In this document: positions 1-9,275 of the stretch, one piece after another
How the letters are laid out: each line of letters starts with the position of its first letter
Numbering within the stretch: position 1 is the stretch's first letter
Source: Ferroplasma sp.
Lineage (GTDB): Archaea > Thermoplasmatota > Thermoplasmata > Thermoplasmatales > Thermoplasmataceae
Direction of reading: 5' to 3'
DNA: 64,000 bases
Assembly: GCF_031200575.1 (NCBI RefSeq)
Contig: NZ_CP133597.1
Location: forward strand, 1,732,571 to 1,796,570
Notes under the pieces: model-generated
What the model saw: only the letters and a program-made list of their open reading frames with translations
Told to the model about the DNA's origin: nothing
Database searches by the model: none
Translations under genes and position numbers: made by a program

Positions 1-93
1 TATTACATCCATGATAAAGTATATACATACTGTATTAATAATATTAATGTTATTTTATGTATATTAAAAAGGCTTGTTTCTTAGTACGAATGC

Positions 94-1716
94 CTATGCA
101 GAATACACGCCTTCCTCTGCCACATATTTCTTCTGTGCCAGATCCATCATCTTTCTTGTAAATAGTACTGAGTATACCGCAACTATTATACCAAATATTA
201 GTGACCCCCATGCTGCAAGGGCTATATCACCGGTGGCCGTTGCCACATCTATGGTTTTCATCAGCCCTGCGTGTACAGTTAACGAATGTGTTCCATATAT
301 ATCAGGCCAGTATTCACCTATCATAAGTCCTCCCCAGGCACTGTTTATTGTGGATGATATCCCACTTATCAGATAAGGGAATGTTGATGGTATTACAACC
401 TTCCTCATTTTCCTGAAATACCCAAGTTTCAGGTTTCTCGTGATCTCCCAGTATTCCGATGGCATCGCCTTTACCCCCATCCAGAACGAGTAAAAGACGT
501 AATAGAATGTACTTATGAATCCCAGAGACAGTACATAGAGTTCATTGGTAAATACCCCGAAAATTCCGAAGATGAAAGGCTCTGTAAGTATGAACAGAAA
601 TGGAAAATATATAGGGGCAGGATATGCACTCAGAGACTGAATAATTGGAATCCAGTACTTTTCCGCCCGCCTGTTCACTGCAAGATAGTATCCCAGGAAA
701 ATTGCAATAGCCATGGATATAACAAGTATTGTGGCAACACGCAAATAATCATAGCCTAGTCCGGTAAGAAGTGATGGAGTTTTTCCTATCAACACCCCCC
801 ATTCACTCAATTTTACGGATGCAATGAGCGACACTGCACCGTAAATAATTGCAACAAGAATAATTATGCCAATTGCGGCATATACATACCTGTACCGCTT
901 CTGTTTCCTTTCCTTCTTTTCATATGTTTCCTCATGATTGTCACCCTCTCTATATTTATAATACCTTGCAAGCCTTGTAAGTGGGTTTTTTGAAAGAACC
1001 GCAAATACCCTTGCAGTTTCCCTTATATTAAGCCTGCCACGCTTCATAACAGGTGCATCTGTATCTAATGTATATCTCCCAACGGCATATTTGCTGAACT
1101 CCCTGAGAATAACTATGATTGCAACTATTGCAATGCCCATTATGAGCAGCGCCATTTCTATGTTGAATAACTGGCCATCAGCAACAAATGTATCCAGTAC
1201 TGACCCTATTCCGAATGTCTGGTATGTGTGGACTCCAACCTCGAAAACCTCGCTTACAGTAATATAGAAAAATCCATCAGAGATACTTGGAAATAGATTT
1301 GCAGTAATCCTGGGTACGGAAAACGGGATATAAAGATATCTCAATTTGGAAAATAATCCGAACCGCGAATTTTCAACAACCTCAACCATCTCTCTGGGTA
1401 CCGTTTTGAATGCCTGGTATTCCCCCATCCATATGTTCCAGACCACTGCTGTAAATACTAAGAAGTCTGCTGCAAGCTCAACCCCAAGCGGACCGCCTAT
1501 CCTGGTTATGAAAATTACCAGAACGATGGGAAAGAATGTGATAACAGGTACAGATTCAAATATTTCTATAAGAATAATGTAAGTATTCTCAAAGAATTTT
1601 GATTTTATTGAGGCATATGCCAGGAACCATCCTGCTATTATGGAGAGTATTATCAGCCCGATTACACGGGCAACCGTAGCCAGTACGGCCAGTGTTATAA
1701 GTATTATAGCTGCCAT
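94..1716 (-). CDS. ABC transporter permease, two permease modules fused in one chain (NitT/TauT-like by eye)
   Basis: 540-aa ORF, hydrophobic throughout. Two multi-TM halves are joined by a charged linker (RYYKYREGDNHEETYEKKERKQKRYRY). It lies 9 nt downstream of an ABC ATPase on the same strand. Confidence 0.7.
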   Translation of the reverse strand: MAAIILITLAVLATVARVIGLIILSIIAGWFLAYASIKSKFFENTYIILIEIFESVPVITFFPIVLVIFITRIGGPLGVELAADFLVFTAVVWNIWMGEYQAFKTVPREMVEVVENSRFGLFSKLRYLYIPFSVPRITANLFPSISDGFFYITVSEVFEVGVHTYQTFGIGSVLDTFVADGQLFNIEMALLIMGIAIVAIIVILREFSKYAVGRYTLDTDAPVMKRGRLNIRETARVFAVLSKNPLTRLARYYKYREGDNHEETYEKKERKQKRYRYVYAAIGIIILVAIIYGAVSLIASVKLSEWGVLIGKTPSLLTGLGYDYLRVATILVISMAIAIFLGYYLAVNRRAEKYWIPIIQSLSAYPAPIYFPFLFILTEPFIFGIFGVFTNELYVLSLGFISTFYYVFYSFWMGVKAMPSEYWEITRNLKLGYFRKMRKVVIPSTFPYLISGISSTINSAWGGLMIGEYWPDIYGTHSLTVHAGLMKTIDVATATGDIALAAWGSLIFGIIVAVYSVLFTRKMMDLAQKKYVAEEGVYSA

Positions 1717-1725
1717 AACAATACC

Positions 1726-2517
1726 TCATTTCTTCTTCCTCGGAGGGGTCAGATAACTGTAAAGCGCATCAAGATTTGCATTGAAATTATCACTTCTTGG
1801 ATTCCTCGGCCTTGGCATGGTAACCTCTACCTTGCCCACAACAGTTGCCGGAATATTATTTAGGATATATATCTCATCAGCCAGTTCCAGTACCTCGGTA
1901 AGATTGTGTGAAACCATAATAACAGATTTCAACGGTGTTTCCCCGCTAAAAAGAATATTATATATATCCTGCCTGAGCCCCTCTGCAGTGAGTTCATCAA
2001 GATGTGCGAATGGTTCATCCATTAAGAAAACGTAGGGATCTGCAGCAAAAGCCCTTGCAATTGCTACCCTCTGCCTCATACCGCCGCTCATTTCCTTTGG
2101 GTAAAGGTCCTCAAATCCGTCCAGCCCAACCCTGGAAAGCGCTTCCTTTGCTTTGGATTCCATTTCATCCCTGGACATGTCTTTTGCCTTCATTGAAAGC
2201 ATTACGTTCTCCTGGGCATCCATCCAGGGAAATGTTACTATGGACTGATGTATAAGTGCAACCTCCGGAGTCGGTTCGTATAAAGTTTTTCCAAGGAGTT
2301 TTACCATGCCCCTATCCGGTTTCAGGAATCCTCCAAGTATTCTCAGAAGTGTTGATTTTCCTATTCCTGAAGGCCCAATTATTGCAACAAATTTTCCGGT
2401 ATCGGCCCTGATATTTATATTCTCAAATACATCGTAGCCGTTGTCATATGAAAAATAAATTCCATCAGCCTCAAGAACGGAATTTGATACATTTTCATTT
2501 TTAATTTCTGCCTCCAT
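1726..2517 (-). CDS. ABC transporter ATP-binding protein
   Basis: Walker A GPSGIGKST, ABC signature MSGGMRQRVAIARA, Walker B FLMDEPFAHLD, H-loop VSHN. A GGGGTGA Shine-Dalgarno-like element sits just upstream of the ATG. Confidence 0.9.
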   Translation of the reverse strand: MEAEIKNENVSNSVLEADGIYFSYDNGYDVFENINIRADTGKFVAIIGPSGIGKSTLLRILGGFLKPDRGMVKLLGKTLYEPTPEVALIHQSIVTFPWMDAQENVMLSMKAKDMSRDEMESKAKEALSRVGLDGFEDLYPKEMSGGMRQRVAIARAFAADPYVFLMDEPFAHLDELTAEGLRQDIYNILFSGETPLKSVIMVSHNLTEVLELADEIYILNNIPATVVGKVEVTMPRPRNPRSDNFNANLDALYSYLTPPRKKK

Positions 2518-2670
2518 TATGATTCACCCCATGGTGAAAATACCCCCGATCATAATGGTTATTTTTATTATATGATTTATTGCGTATTCACGAGGTTATC
2601 TCCAGGACAGTATTAAAATAATCTATATATAATTATGCCGGAATGCACAATATTGATTTTTTATTATATT

Positions 2671-3168
2671 TTACTGTTTTTTCTTGAATAAATGCCACCA
2701 CTTTTTTGTATTATCCATAGGTTTTCTATCACTTTCTGTGCTTTTCTGAACAGGTTCCAGCAGTACATCCTTTCCAACAAAGATAAAGCCTATTGTTATA
2801 CTGTCAATATTATCATGAACCCATTTATCACTTCTATAATCCCTGAATTTATCATTGGAAACTATCAGGCATTTCTTTTCTCTGGCATAATCCAGTATAA
2901 ACATATCTGCTCTTATGCCTGATGGTGCAAGAATTATGGATTTATTCTCAATCATCCGGTTGAGTTTTTCCTTCTCATCAATTGTATAACGTATATTTGC
3001 ATCACATATGGTAATTATTTCGGATGCTTTATATTCTTTAAGTTTATTTATTACTGACAGGAGGTTTTCCAGTACGGCCCTTTTCTTCCCTGATTTACTC
3101 ATACCGTACATTGCAACATTGCTTCCATCTACAATAACGATTGATCCAGAAATTTTGTTTTGATACAT
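2671..3168 (-). CDS. NYN / Zc3h12a-like PIN-fold ribonuclease domain protein
   Basis: N-terminal IVIVDGSNVAM, then ICDAN, ADMFILDYA and IVSNDKFRDY acidic motifs typical of Zc3h12a-type NYN RNases. 165 aa, single domain. Confidence 0.6.
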   Translation of the reverse strand: MYQNKISGSIVIVDGSNVAMYGMSKSGKKRAVLENLLSVINKLKEYKASEIITICDANIRYTIDEKEKLNRMIENKSIILAPSGIRADMFILDYAREKKCLIVSNDKFRDYRSDKWVHDNIDSITIGFIFVGKDVLLEPVQKSTESDRKPMDNTKKWWHLFKKKQ

Positions 3169-3215
3169 AACCAGACTTCAATGCAAATAAAAAATAAATA
3201 GATTCCCTAAAATAT

Positions 3216-3500
3216 TTAATCTCCTAATTCCTTTAATTCCTTTTTGGAGAACAGTATTTCTTTTAATTCCCTGTCTAGCTCCTGGTCATTCCTTCTCAGG
3301 TACTCAAGCAAGAGGGAGAAATGCTCCTTCTCATCATCCCTGTTATGTTTTATTACATCCTTCAATACAGGGTCCTTTGTTGCATCTAATCTCTCATCAT
3401 AGAACATTATTGCCTGCATTTCCTCTATTAAGGACTGCCTGGCCCTTGACATATCCTTTGTTTTCTCATCTAAGCTGTTTTCTGTTTCATACATTGGCAT
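3216..3500 (-). CDS. Encapsulated-ferritin (EncFtn) family ferritin-like protein, without a C-terminal targeting extension
   Basis: LIEEMQAIMFYDERLDATKDPVLKDVIKHNRDDEKEHFSLLLEYLRRND closely parallels the EncFtn core as I remember it (xEELEAVDWY...HNRDEEKEH...LEWLRRND). The Glu/Glu/His iron ligands are retained (EEMQA, DEKEH). Confidence 0.75.
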   Translation of the reverse strand: MPMYETENSLDEKTKDMSRARQSLIEEMQAIMFYDERLDATKDPVLKDVIKHNRDDEKEHFSLLLEYLRRNDQELDRELKEILFSKKELKELGD

Positions 3501-3758
3501 ATAAATTGAAATACGAATTTATTTATAAATATTATTATAGTACAAATACTGCAGAAATTGTATCCACGATAGCCAAACAGAAACAAGTGTTGACTCATGA
3601 AATCAATATTTCTCTAATTTTGACTGGACTAATTTAACTCGGGCTAATATAGCCTGTTTAAAATTGGTGTATGATTAACTATTCCATGGGCATCATAGAT
3701 ACGGGACTTTAAATGGATACCTACCTTATATTTATTAACACAAAATAGATACAGGCAC

Positions 3759-4214
3759 ATGGCAACCCGAATTGAACAAATTATGGGCCTTTCAAAGGAT
3801 CTTGACAAACTTAACAGGGCATTTGAAGAAAATGAAAACTTATTTAGTTATATGGGATTAAAAATTACCAGAATAGAAAGGGGGTTTTGCCAGATGGAAT
3901 TGCCTTATAGCGAGAAACTCACCCGGGCCGGTAAGGTTCTGCATGGAGGGATGATAATGAGTGCTATTGATTATGCAGGAGGTATCACCGCCATGACGGT
4001 TAATGATGGCATTGATCAGGTCACACAGGAAGTTAAGATCAATTTCCTTGCACCAATGGCGAATGGCCCCTTCAGGGTAGAGGGAAAAACTGTCAAGGCA
4101 GGTAGAACTGCAGTTATAATTGAGATAAAATTTTATGATGCTGATGGGAAACTTGGAGTTATGGCACTGGGTACATGGTATATAATAAGGGACAGGGTGA
4201 TCAAAAAATCATAA
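3759..4214 (+). CDS. PaaI-family hotdog-fold thioesterase
   Basis: 151 aa with the HGGMIMSAIDYAGG motif and the overall hotdog pattern of PaaI/YdiI thioesterases. Confidence 0.8.
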   Translation: MATRIEQIMGLSKDLDKLNRAFEENENLFSYMGLKITRIERGFCQMELPYSEKLTRAGKVLHGGMIMSAIDYAGGITAMTVNDGIDQVTQEVKINFLAPMANGPFRVEGKTVKAGRTAVIIEIKFYDADGKLGVMALGTWYIIRDRVIKKS

Positions 4215-4517
4215 ATTATTTGAGTTTGCGTGTAATGAAATGCTTGCCTGAGAATACAAATAATACCGGATGTGCTATCTTAACAAGTTTGAAATTAATT
4301 ATGGCGGACTGAGATTTTACTGGATTAATAACATAGGGTTGGCAGTGCAGGGATGGAGTGTTTAATTCAAGATTTTGCTTTCAGAAACAGGATTACTGGA
4401 TAATAAAATCGATAGTCTGCCCTTAAAATCAGAATGACATATCTCCGCTACCATATATAATGGAGAGAAAATTATATTTTTACATAAATTAATTATACTA
4501 GCATCCCATATTTATAC

Positions 4518-4892
4518 ATGAATGGCGTGGAAATAGCATTTCAGCTTAATAATGATAAGGAGGAAAATGTTGTTCTTGCACTCGCAAACTTAACTGGAAA
4601 TTATTTCAGACAGGAGGAGAATATGGATATTACCTGGAGGATTTTTCATGTAACGCTTGATAAAGAAAAGTATTACAGGGTGCTATACCGGGGAGAAAAA
4701 CTGAGTGATTTTCATCCAGAAAATAAAAAGAGGGTTAAAAAGAAATTCGATGAACTGGGGAAAACAGATTATGAAACACTTATGGCAAAATATGAATCAG
4801 ATTCCCGGAATGACAATTTCCAGAAAGTCGGAATAAAAGAACTCACTGAGGAATACGATCTCTGGCAGGACAAACTGTGGAATTATATTTAA
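4518..4892 (+). CDS. hypothetical protein
   Basis: 124-aa ORF with an ATG start and no recognisable motif. Its stop shares a TTAA with the convergent Bax1 gene. Confidence 0.4.
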   Translation: MNGVEIAFQLNNDKEENVVLALANLTGNYFRQEENMDITWRIFHVTLDKEKYYRVLYRGEKLSDFHPENKKRVKKKFDELGKTDYETLMAKYESDSRNDNFQKVGIKELTEEYDLWQDKLWNYI

Positions 4893-6223
4893 TCTTTCTT
4901 TACTACCACAATATCAAGACCATGCCATTTTAATTTATATCCCATGGCGGGAAGCACTCTTTCCGGTACCAGGCCCTGGCTTTCAATGTATGCAAACATC
5001 TTATCTGTATCTGGATATAGTTTTTCCAGCTCTTTCTTGATTGAACCTATGGAGCTATCATCAAGCTCTGAATTCAGCTGTTTTTTGCCGGAATATTTTT
5101 CCTCCAGTATGGACTTCAGGGACTGGAAATTTATATCACCGTAAAATATAATTCCCTGTTTAATATTTTTATCTTTCTGGTCAAGGACGTATATATTCTC
5201 CCAGTCTACCTTCCCATTCAATTTTCTTTTTATCTCCTCATCTCTTTTTGAGAGGTATTTCGATGTAATGTTTATATAAATATCCCTGCCAGATACTCTA
5301 ATAATATAATCCGGGAAATAAACGTTGCCATCAACTATAAGCGGGTCTGCCCTGCGCACAAAATCGTACGCAATTTCCTCTTTCTGAAGCTTTTGTGGCA
5401 GGTAATATGATACTGCATCACTTAAATTCAGTTTATATACCTTTACTGTTTTCTCAAATTTGTCCTTTACCTTTATATCACCCTCGATGCTCCATTTCTC
5501 CAGCCTGCTTATTCTGTACATGAGCTGTGCAAAACGGCTTGCATAACGATCTGGATTTTCGAAGATGCTCAGTGGGCCGGTAACAGTTACGGACTGAAGT
5601 TCCATTCCAGAAATATTCGTATTATATAAGAGGCCGAGGCGTTTTATTGATGTGATAAGATAACTCCAGTTAGAGGCTGAGGTAATGTTAAGGGAGCTGC
5701 ATTTTCCCATTATTGTTTCCAGCTGTTCCATGTTATATTTTCTGGATATTTCCATGGGATCGCCATCGTAAACTCTTGTAAGCACCATCTCACTTTCCTT
5801 GTCAGCGTATAGGCCATTTATAATGCCATCATAATCAAGCCCATATTTTTCCTCAACAGGAACCAGAATTAATTGCTTTTCCCCGGCAGATACTGGCGGT
5901 ATTCTGGCAGCCCTGAACACATCCTCACGGAGGGCCATTGAATCCACATTAACTGGAGGTTCAAAAACAGAGTTACGGAAGAAAAGAAGGGAAAGAGCCC
6001 TAACTGTCTTTGTGCTGGATGAATTAACCTCCAGATCTTTGAGATCCTTTACAATTGTTTCTCTCTTGTTCCCTTTATTCCTAATAAATACAGACCTGAC
6101 TTTTTCAAGGTAATCACTGTTCTCGTCCGAGAGAAAAACTGGAAATATAAGCCCATTTTTCGTTTTACGTGCTATCATTAAGTCCGACGGGAACACCTTT
6201 TCTCCTCCTCCTTGAAGTTCCAT
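4889..6223 (-). CDS. bax1: Bax1 (DUF790) nuclease, XPB partner
   Basis: About 440-aa ORF immediately downstream of, and overlapping, the XPB helicase gene, which is the conserved archaeal xpb-bax1 arrangement. The N-terminus FPSDLMIARKTKNGLIFPVFL is Bax1-like. The true start may be the internal Met at about 6178. Confidence 0.65.
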   Translation of the reverse strand: MELQGGGEKVFPSDLMIARKTKNGLIFPVFLSDENSDYLEKVRSVFIRNKGNKRETIVKDLKDLEVNSSSTKTVRALSLLFFRNSVFEPPVNVDSMALREDVFRAARIPPVSAGEKQLILVPVEEKYGLDYDGIINGLYADKESEMVLTRVYDGDPMEISRKYNMEQLETIMGKCSSLNITSASNWSYLITSIKRLGLLYNTNISGMELQSVTVTGPLSIFENPDRYASRFAQLMYRISRLEKWSIEGDIKVKDKFEKTVKVYKLNLSDAVSYYLPQKLQKEEIAYDFVRRADPLIVDGNVYFPDYIIRVSGRDIYINITSKYLSKRDEEIKRKLNGKVDWENIYVLDQKDKNIKQGIIFYGDINFQSLKSILEEKYSGKKQLNSELDDSSIGSIKKELEKLYPDTDKMFAYIESQGLVPERVLPAMGYKLKWHGLDIVVVKKD

Positions 6224-7496
6224 ACTCTGCCGTACCAGCTGAAACCAGTTCGTAAAGATAGCTGGACTTTCCCTCTGATGGCCTTAGAATTCTCCCCAGC
6301 CTCTGCCTGAACTGCCTTGTGCTGCCAGAACCACTCATTATTATGGCAATAGATGCGTCAGGTACATCAACTCCCTCATCAAGTATTCGGGATGTGGCAA
6401 GCACGGTGATCTCCCCAGTTTTGAACATGTCCAGATATTTTTTCCTCTCCTTTCCAGGCGTCATGTATGTAAGTGCCGGGACAAGGAATTCCTTTGAAAT
6501 CAGATATGCTGTGGACGTATCCTCAGAGAATATTATTATTTTTTCCCCAGGATGTTTGCTCAGAAGGTACCTTAAATAATCTACCTTTTTTTCAGCATTG
6601 AACGCTATTTCACGGGCTTTTCTCCATGCCATCAATGCTTCCTTTCCCTCGGGATTCCATGATGACATTATTAAATTTTCAAAGTTCATGTTCCCATTCA
6701 ATTTTATATTCCTCTTTCTTAAATATGAAAGGAATATTTCATGGTTCTTTTCGTATTCTATCTCATCCTCCTCGCTGAGGTCTATTGGTATTCTTACTAT
6801 TTTATAATTCGATATAAAATCATTCAATTCCTCATAGCCCAACTCAAAAACCTTGCCACCCATATATTTTTCAAGCACCTCATGGAGTTTATCGTCCCTT
6901 TCATATGTGGCAGTAAGGCCAAGCCTGTAGGGTGATGCATAGAATTTGGCTATCTGCAAATAACTTTCAGATGCCATATGGTGCACCTCATCTGCAATAA
7001 TTAATTTGAAGCGGTTGCCCAGGCTCTCTGCCATTAGATAGGCTGAGTCGTATGTAGAGACAGAGATGTCCTTTATATCTCTCTCGCCACCCCCTATCTG
7101 ACCAACATCTACCTTCAATAAATCCTTAAGTTTCTCCCTCCACTGTATGATAAGCTCTATTGTTGGTGCAAGTATTATTGTGGGGACCTTAAGCATCGTT
7201 ATTGCATATATCCCAAGTATGGTTTTACCTGCAGCAGTGGGCAAAACAACGGTGCCTGAATAATTATTCCTTGCCCACATCTCCAGTGACTTTTTCTGGT
7301 ATGGCCTGAGGTTTATGCTGGAATCTATTTCAAGTTTTTTATCCTGAAAAACCTTATCTATAATTCCTGGTTTTTTAATAATTTCTGAGTACATGTAAGC
7401 CGGAGCCCGGTATTTTTTAATCCTATCATCATATGAAAATATGCCGGCATAATTTTCATCTGATATTATGCTTCCGGCTTTATATGATATTTCCAT
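6165..7496 (-). CDS. xpb: XPB/Rad25-type SF2 DNA repair helicase
   Basis: Motif I LPTAAGKT, motif II ADEVHH, TAT motif LGLTATYERDD, motif VI QRLGRILR. The size (443 aa) fits archaeal XPB. Confidence 0.85.
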   Translation of the reverse strand: MEISYKAGSIISDENYAGIFSYDDRIKKYRAPAYMYSEIIKKPGIIDKVFQDKKLEIDSSINLRPYQKKSLEMWARNNYSGTVVLPTAAGKTILGIYAITMLKVPTIILAPTIELIIQWREKLKDLLKVDVGQIGGGERDIKDISVSTYDSAYLMAESLGNRFKLIIADEVHHMASESYLQIAKFYASPYRLGLTATYERDDKLHEVLEKYMGGKVFELGYEELNDFISNYKIVRIPIDLSEEDEIEYEKNHEIFLSYLRKRNIKLNGNMNFENLIMSSWNPEGKEALMAWRKAREIAFNAEKKVDYLRYLLSKHPGEKIIIFSEDTSTAYLISKEFLVPALTYMTPGKERKKYLDMFKTGEITVLATSRILDEGVDVPDASIAIIMSGSGSTRQFRQRLGRILRPSEGKSSYLYELVSAGTAEYGTSRRRRKGVPVGLNDST

Positions 7497-7517
7497 GGAT
7501 TGTATATATGAAATGAT

Positions 7518-7823
7518 TTAATAAGTTTGCCCATTGCTTTCTCCGAAGACTTTGTTTCTCGGTGTTCCCTCAAGTATCGTATTCCCATAATCCGTGGTTT
7601 CCTTGAATTCTCTCATTTCTATAAAGTTTTTGAATGCTGTCCTATCCTTCCATTCTGTGTAAATCATATATTCCCTTGGACAGTCCACTTCCTGATAGAG
7701 CTTCCCGTCGATAAATCCGGTTTCTGGTTTGCTTTTCAATAGCTGTAGCACACTGTTGAATGTTTTCACAAAATCCTCGTTATGGCCTTCCTTAACCTTG
7801 TAGTACAAACCTACATGTATCAT
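7518..7823 (-). CDS. ABM (antibiotic biosynthesis monooxygenase-like) domain protein
   Basis: 101-aa ferredoxin-like fold pattern (VGLYYKVKEGHNEDF ... YTEWKDRTAFKNF). Confidence 0.55.
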   Translation of the reverse strand: MIHVGLYYKVKEGHNEDFVKTFNSVLQLLKSKPETGFIDGKLYQEVDCPREYMIYTEWKDRTAFKNFIEMREFKETTDYGNTILEGTPRNKVFGESNGQTY

Positions 7824-7931
7824 ATTTTAATATTGTAGCTATTCTAATAAATTTTTGCCATAAATTTAGAGATATCCCCAAAAGCCACAATAATCTGGAA
7901 CCAGCAGTTAAATATTTAAATTTCGAATTTA

Positions 7932-8828
7932 TTGATATGCATGAATCATGGAACTGGGTTCAAGATTAACTCCGCGATTCCCACAGTTTTTAATATAAAT
8001 CAGGAAATAAACTGGGACGAGACTTCAGGAATAGTTGAATTTTTAAATAGAATTAATGTAAAAAACATTTCAATACTTCTATTTGGAGGTGAGCATTACA
8101 GGCTTTCACTGGAAGAGAAGAAGAATCAGATTGAATTAATTACAGGGATTGCAGGCAGCAGGCAGAAGGTTTTTGTTGGTCTGAACGATGTTTCTTTCAA
8201 TTCTACTATGATACTGGAAAAAGAGGCTGATAAGTACGGTGCAGTGGCGGGGATAATTTCTATACCTCCATATATGCCATTTTACGGAGTGAGGAAAAAT
8301 ACTGTAAAGCGCTTTCTATCCATGGTTTTAAAAAGTTCTGGGATACCACTGATATTACAGGATACTGGAGTACCTGAGAGTATTTTGCCTGAACCCGGAT
8401 TCTGGAGAAAATATATAAATAATGGGAAACTGGCAGGGTTTAAAATAGAGGGCATGGGCTCCATGAGAAAAATAAAAACCCTGCATGCCATGTACATGGA
8501 TACTGAGATTTACGGCGGGTATCTCGGAATTAATATGGAAAAGGAAATAAAATCCGGGTCAGCCGGTAGCATAATCGGCTCATCGATGCCTGATAAAATC
8601 AGGGAAACTATTCTAAATAACGCATCATCAACTATAAAAGAGGATGTGCTCAAGATGCTCAGATTCGAGGTTAATCATCTGTATTCTTTTACGTCTATAG
8701 AAAAATACATACTCATGAAGAGAGGAATAATTTCAGGATATACATGTAGATGTCCATGCCCTCCATTTAGCCATGCAGTTCTGGGGAGGAGTGATACATT
8801 TTACAATAAAATATTTGGAGATTTGTGA
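7932..8828 (+). CDS. DapA/KDG-aldolase family (class I aldolase) protein, divergent
   Basis: Layout matches the DHDPS/NAL family: PTVF...NWDE..VEFL, GGEHYRLSLEEK (GxxGE-like), ISIPPYM, GFKIEG (position of the Schiff-base Lys). The usual Y-N-x-P motif is not obvious. Confidence 0.45.
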   Translation: MICMNHGTGFKINSAIPTVFNINQEINWDETSGIVEFLNRINVKNISILLFGGEHYRLSLEEKKNQIELITGIAGSRQKVFVGLNDVSFNSTMILEKEADKYGAVAGIISIPPYMPFYGVRKNTVKRFLSMVLKSSGIPLILQDTGVPESILPEPGFWRKYINNGKLAGFKIEGMGSMRKIKTLHAMYMDTEIYGGYLGINMEKEIKSGSAGSIIGSSMPDKIRETILNNASSTIKEDVLKMLRFEVNHLYSFTSIEKYILMKRGIISGYTCRCPCPPFSHAVLGRSDTFYNKIFGDL

Positions 8829-8851
8829 AAGATTTTAATGAATTCGCTGGC

Positions 8852-9157
8852 TTAATCTAGATGGAAAACCTCCGTGACTGTATCCCGGGTACGGCTTTCT
8901 GGTGCAGTTATTATCACATCACTCATAAAATCCTGCCATTTCCGGTTTATTTCACTGCAGTTTATAATGTCAAGCGTCCTGCTTAAATCCTCACACTCCC
9001 AGTAGCCAAAAATATCGGCACCATCCATGAATATGGAGTAATTCCTGACGCCGGCTTCTTTCAGTAATTTTAATAATTCTGGCCACACATTGTTATGCCT
9101 TTTTATATATTCATCCTTCATTTCGTCCCTTATAATAAGATGGAAACTATATCTCAT
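8852..9157 (-). CDS. rhaM: L-rhamnose mutarotase
   Basis: DEYIKRHNNVWPELLKLLKEAGVRNYSIF and the C-terminal EVFHLD match the RhaM/YiiL pattern (YxxRHNxxWPE...NYxI...EVFxL). Confidence 0.8.
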   Translation of the reverse strand: MRYSFHLIIRDEMKDEYIKRHNNVWPELLKLLKEAGVRNYSIFMDGADIFGYWECEDLSRTLDIINCSEINRKWQDFMSDVIITAPESRTRDTVTEVFHLD

Positions 9158-9275
9158 AAAATATTATTGCCATGAAATATAAATATCCATATGATGAGTT
9201 CAAAAGAATGACTTAAAATTAAATATTATGTAAATTAAAATTTGGATAAATTTGATTTAAGGATAAAAACTATCC

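Noticed and set aside
2518-2670. Possible TPP or other riboswitch upstream of the ABC transporter operon
   Set aside because: The conserved thi-box core (CUGAGA ... ACCUGAUCUGGAUAAUGCCAGCG-like) is absent on the relevant strand. Only a Shine-Dalgarno-like GGGGTGA is evident.
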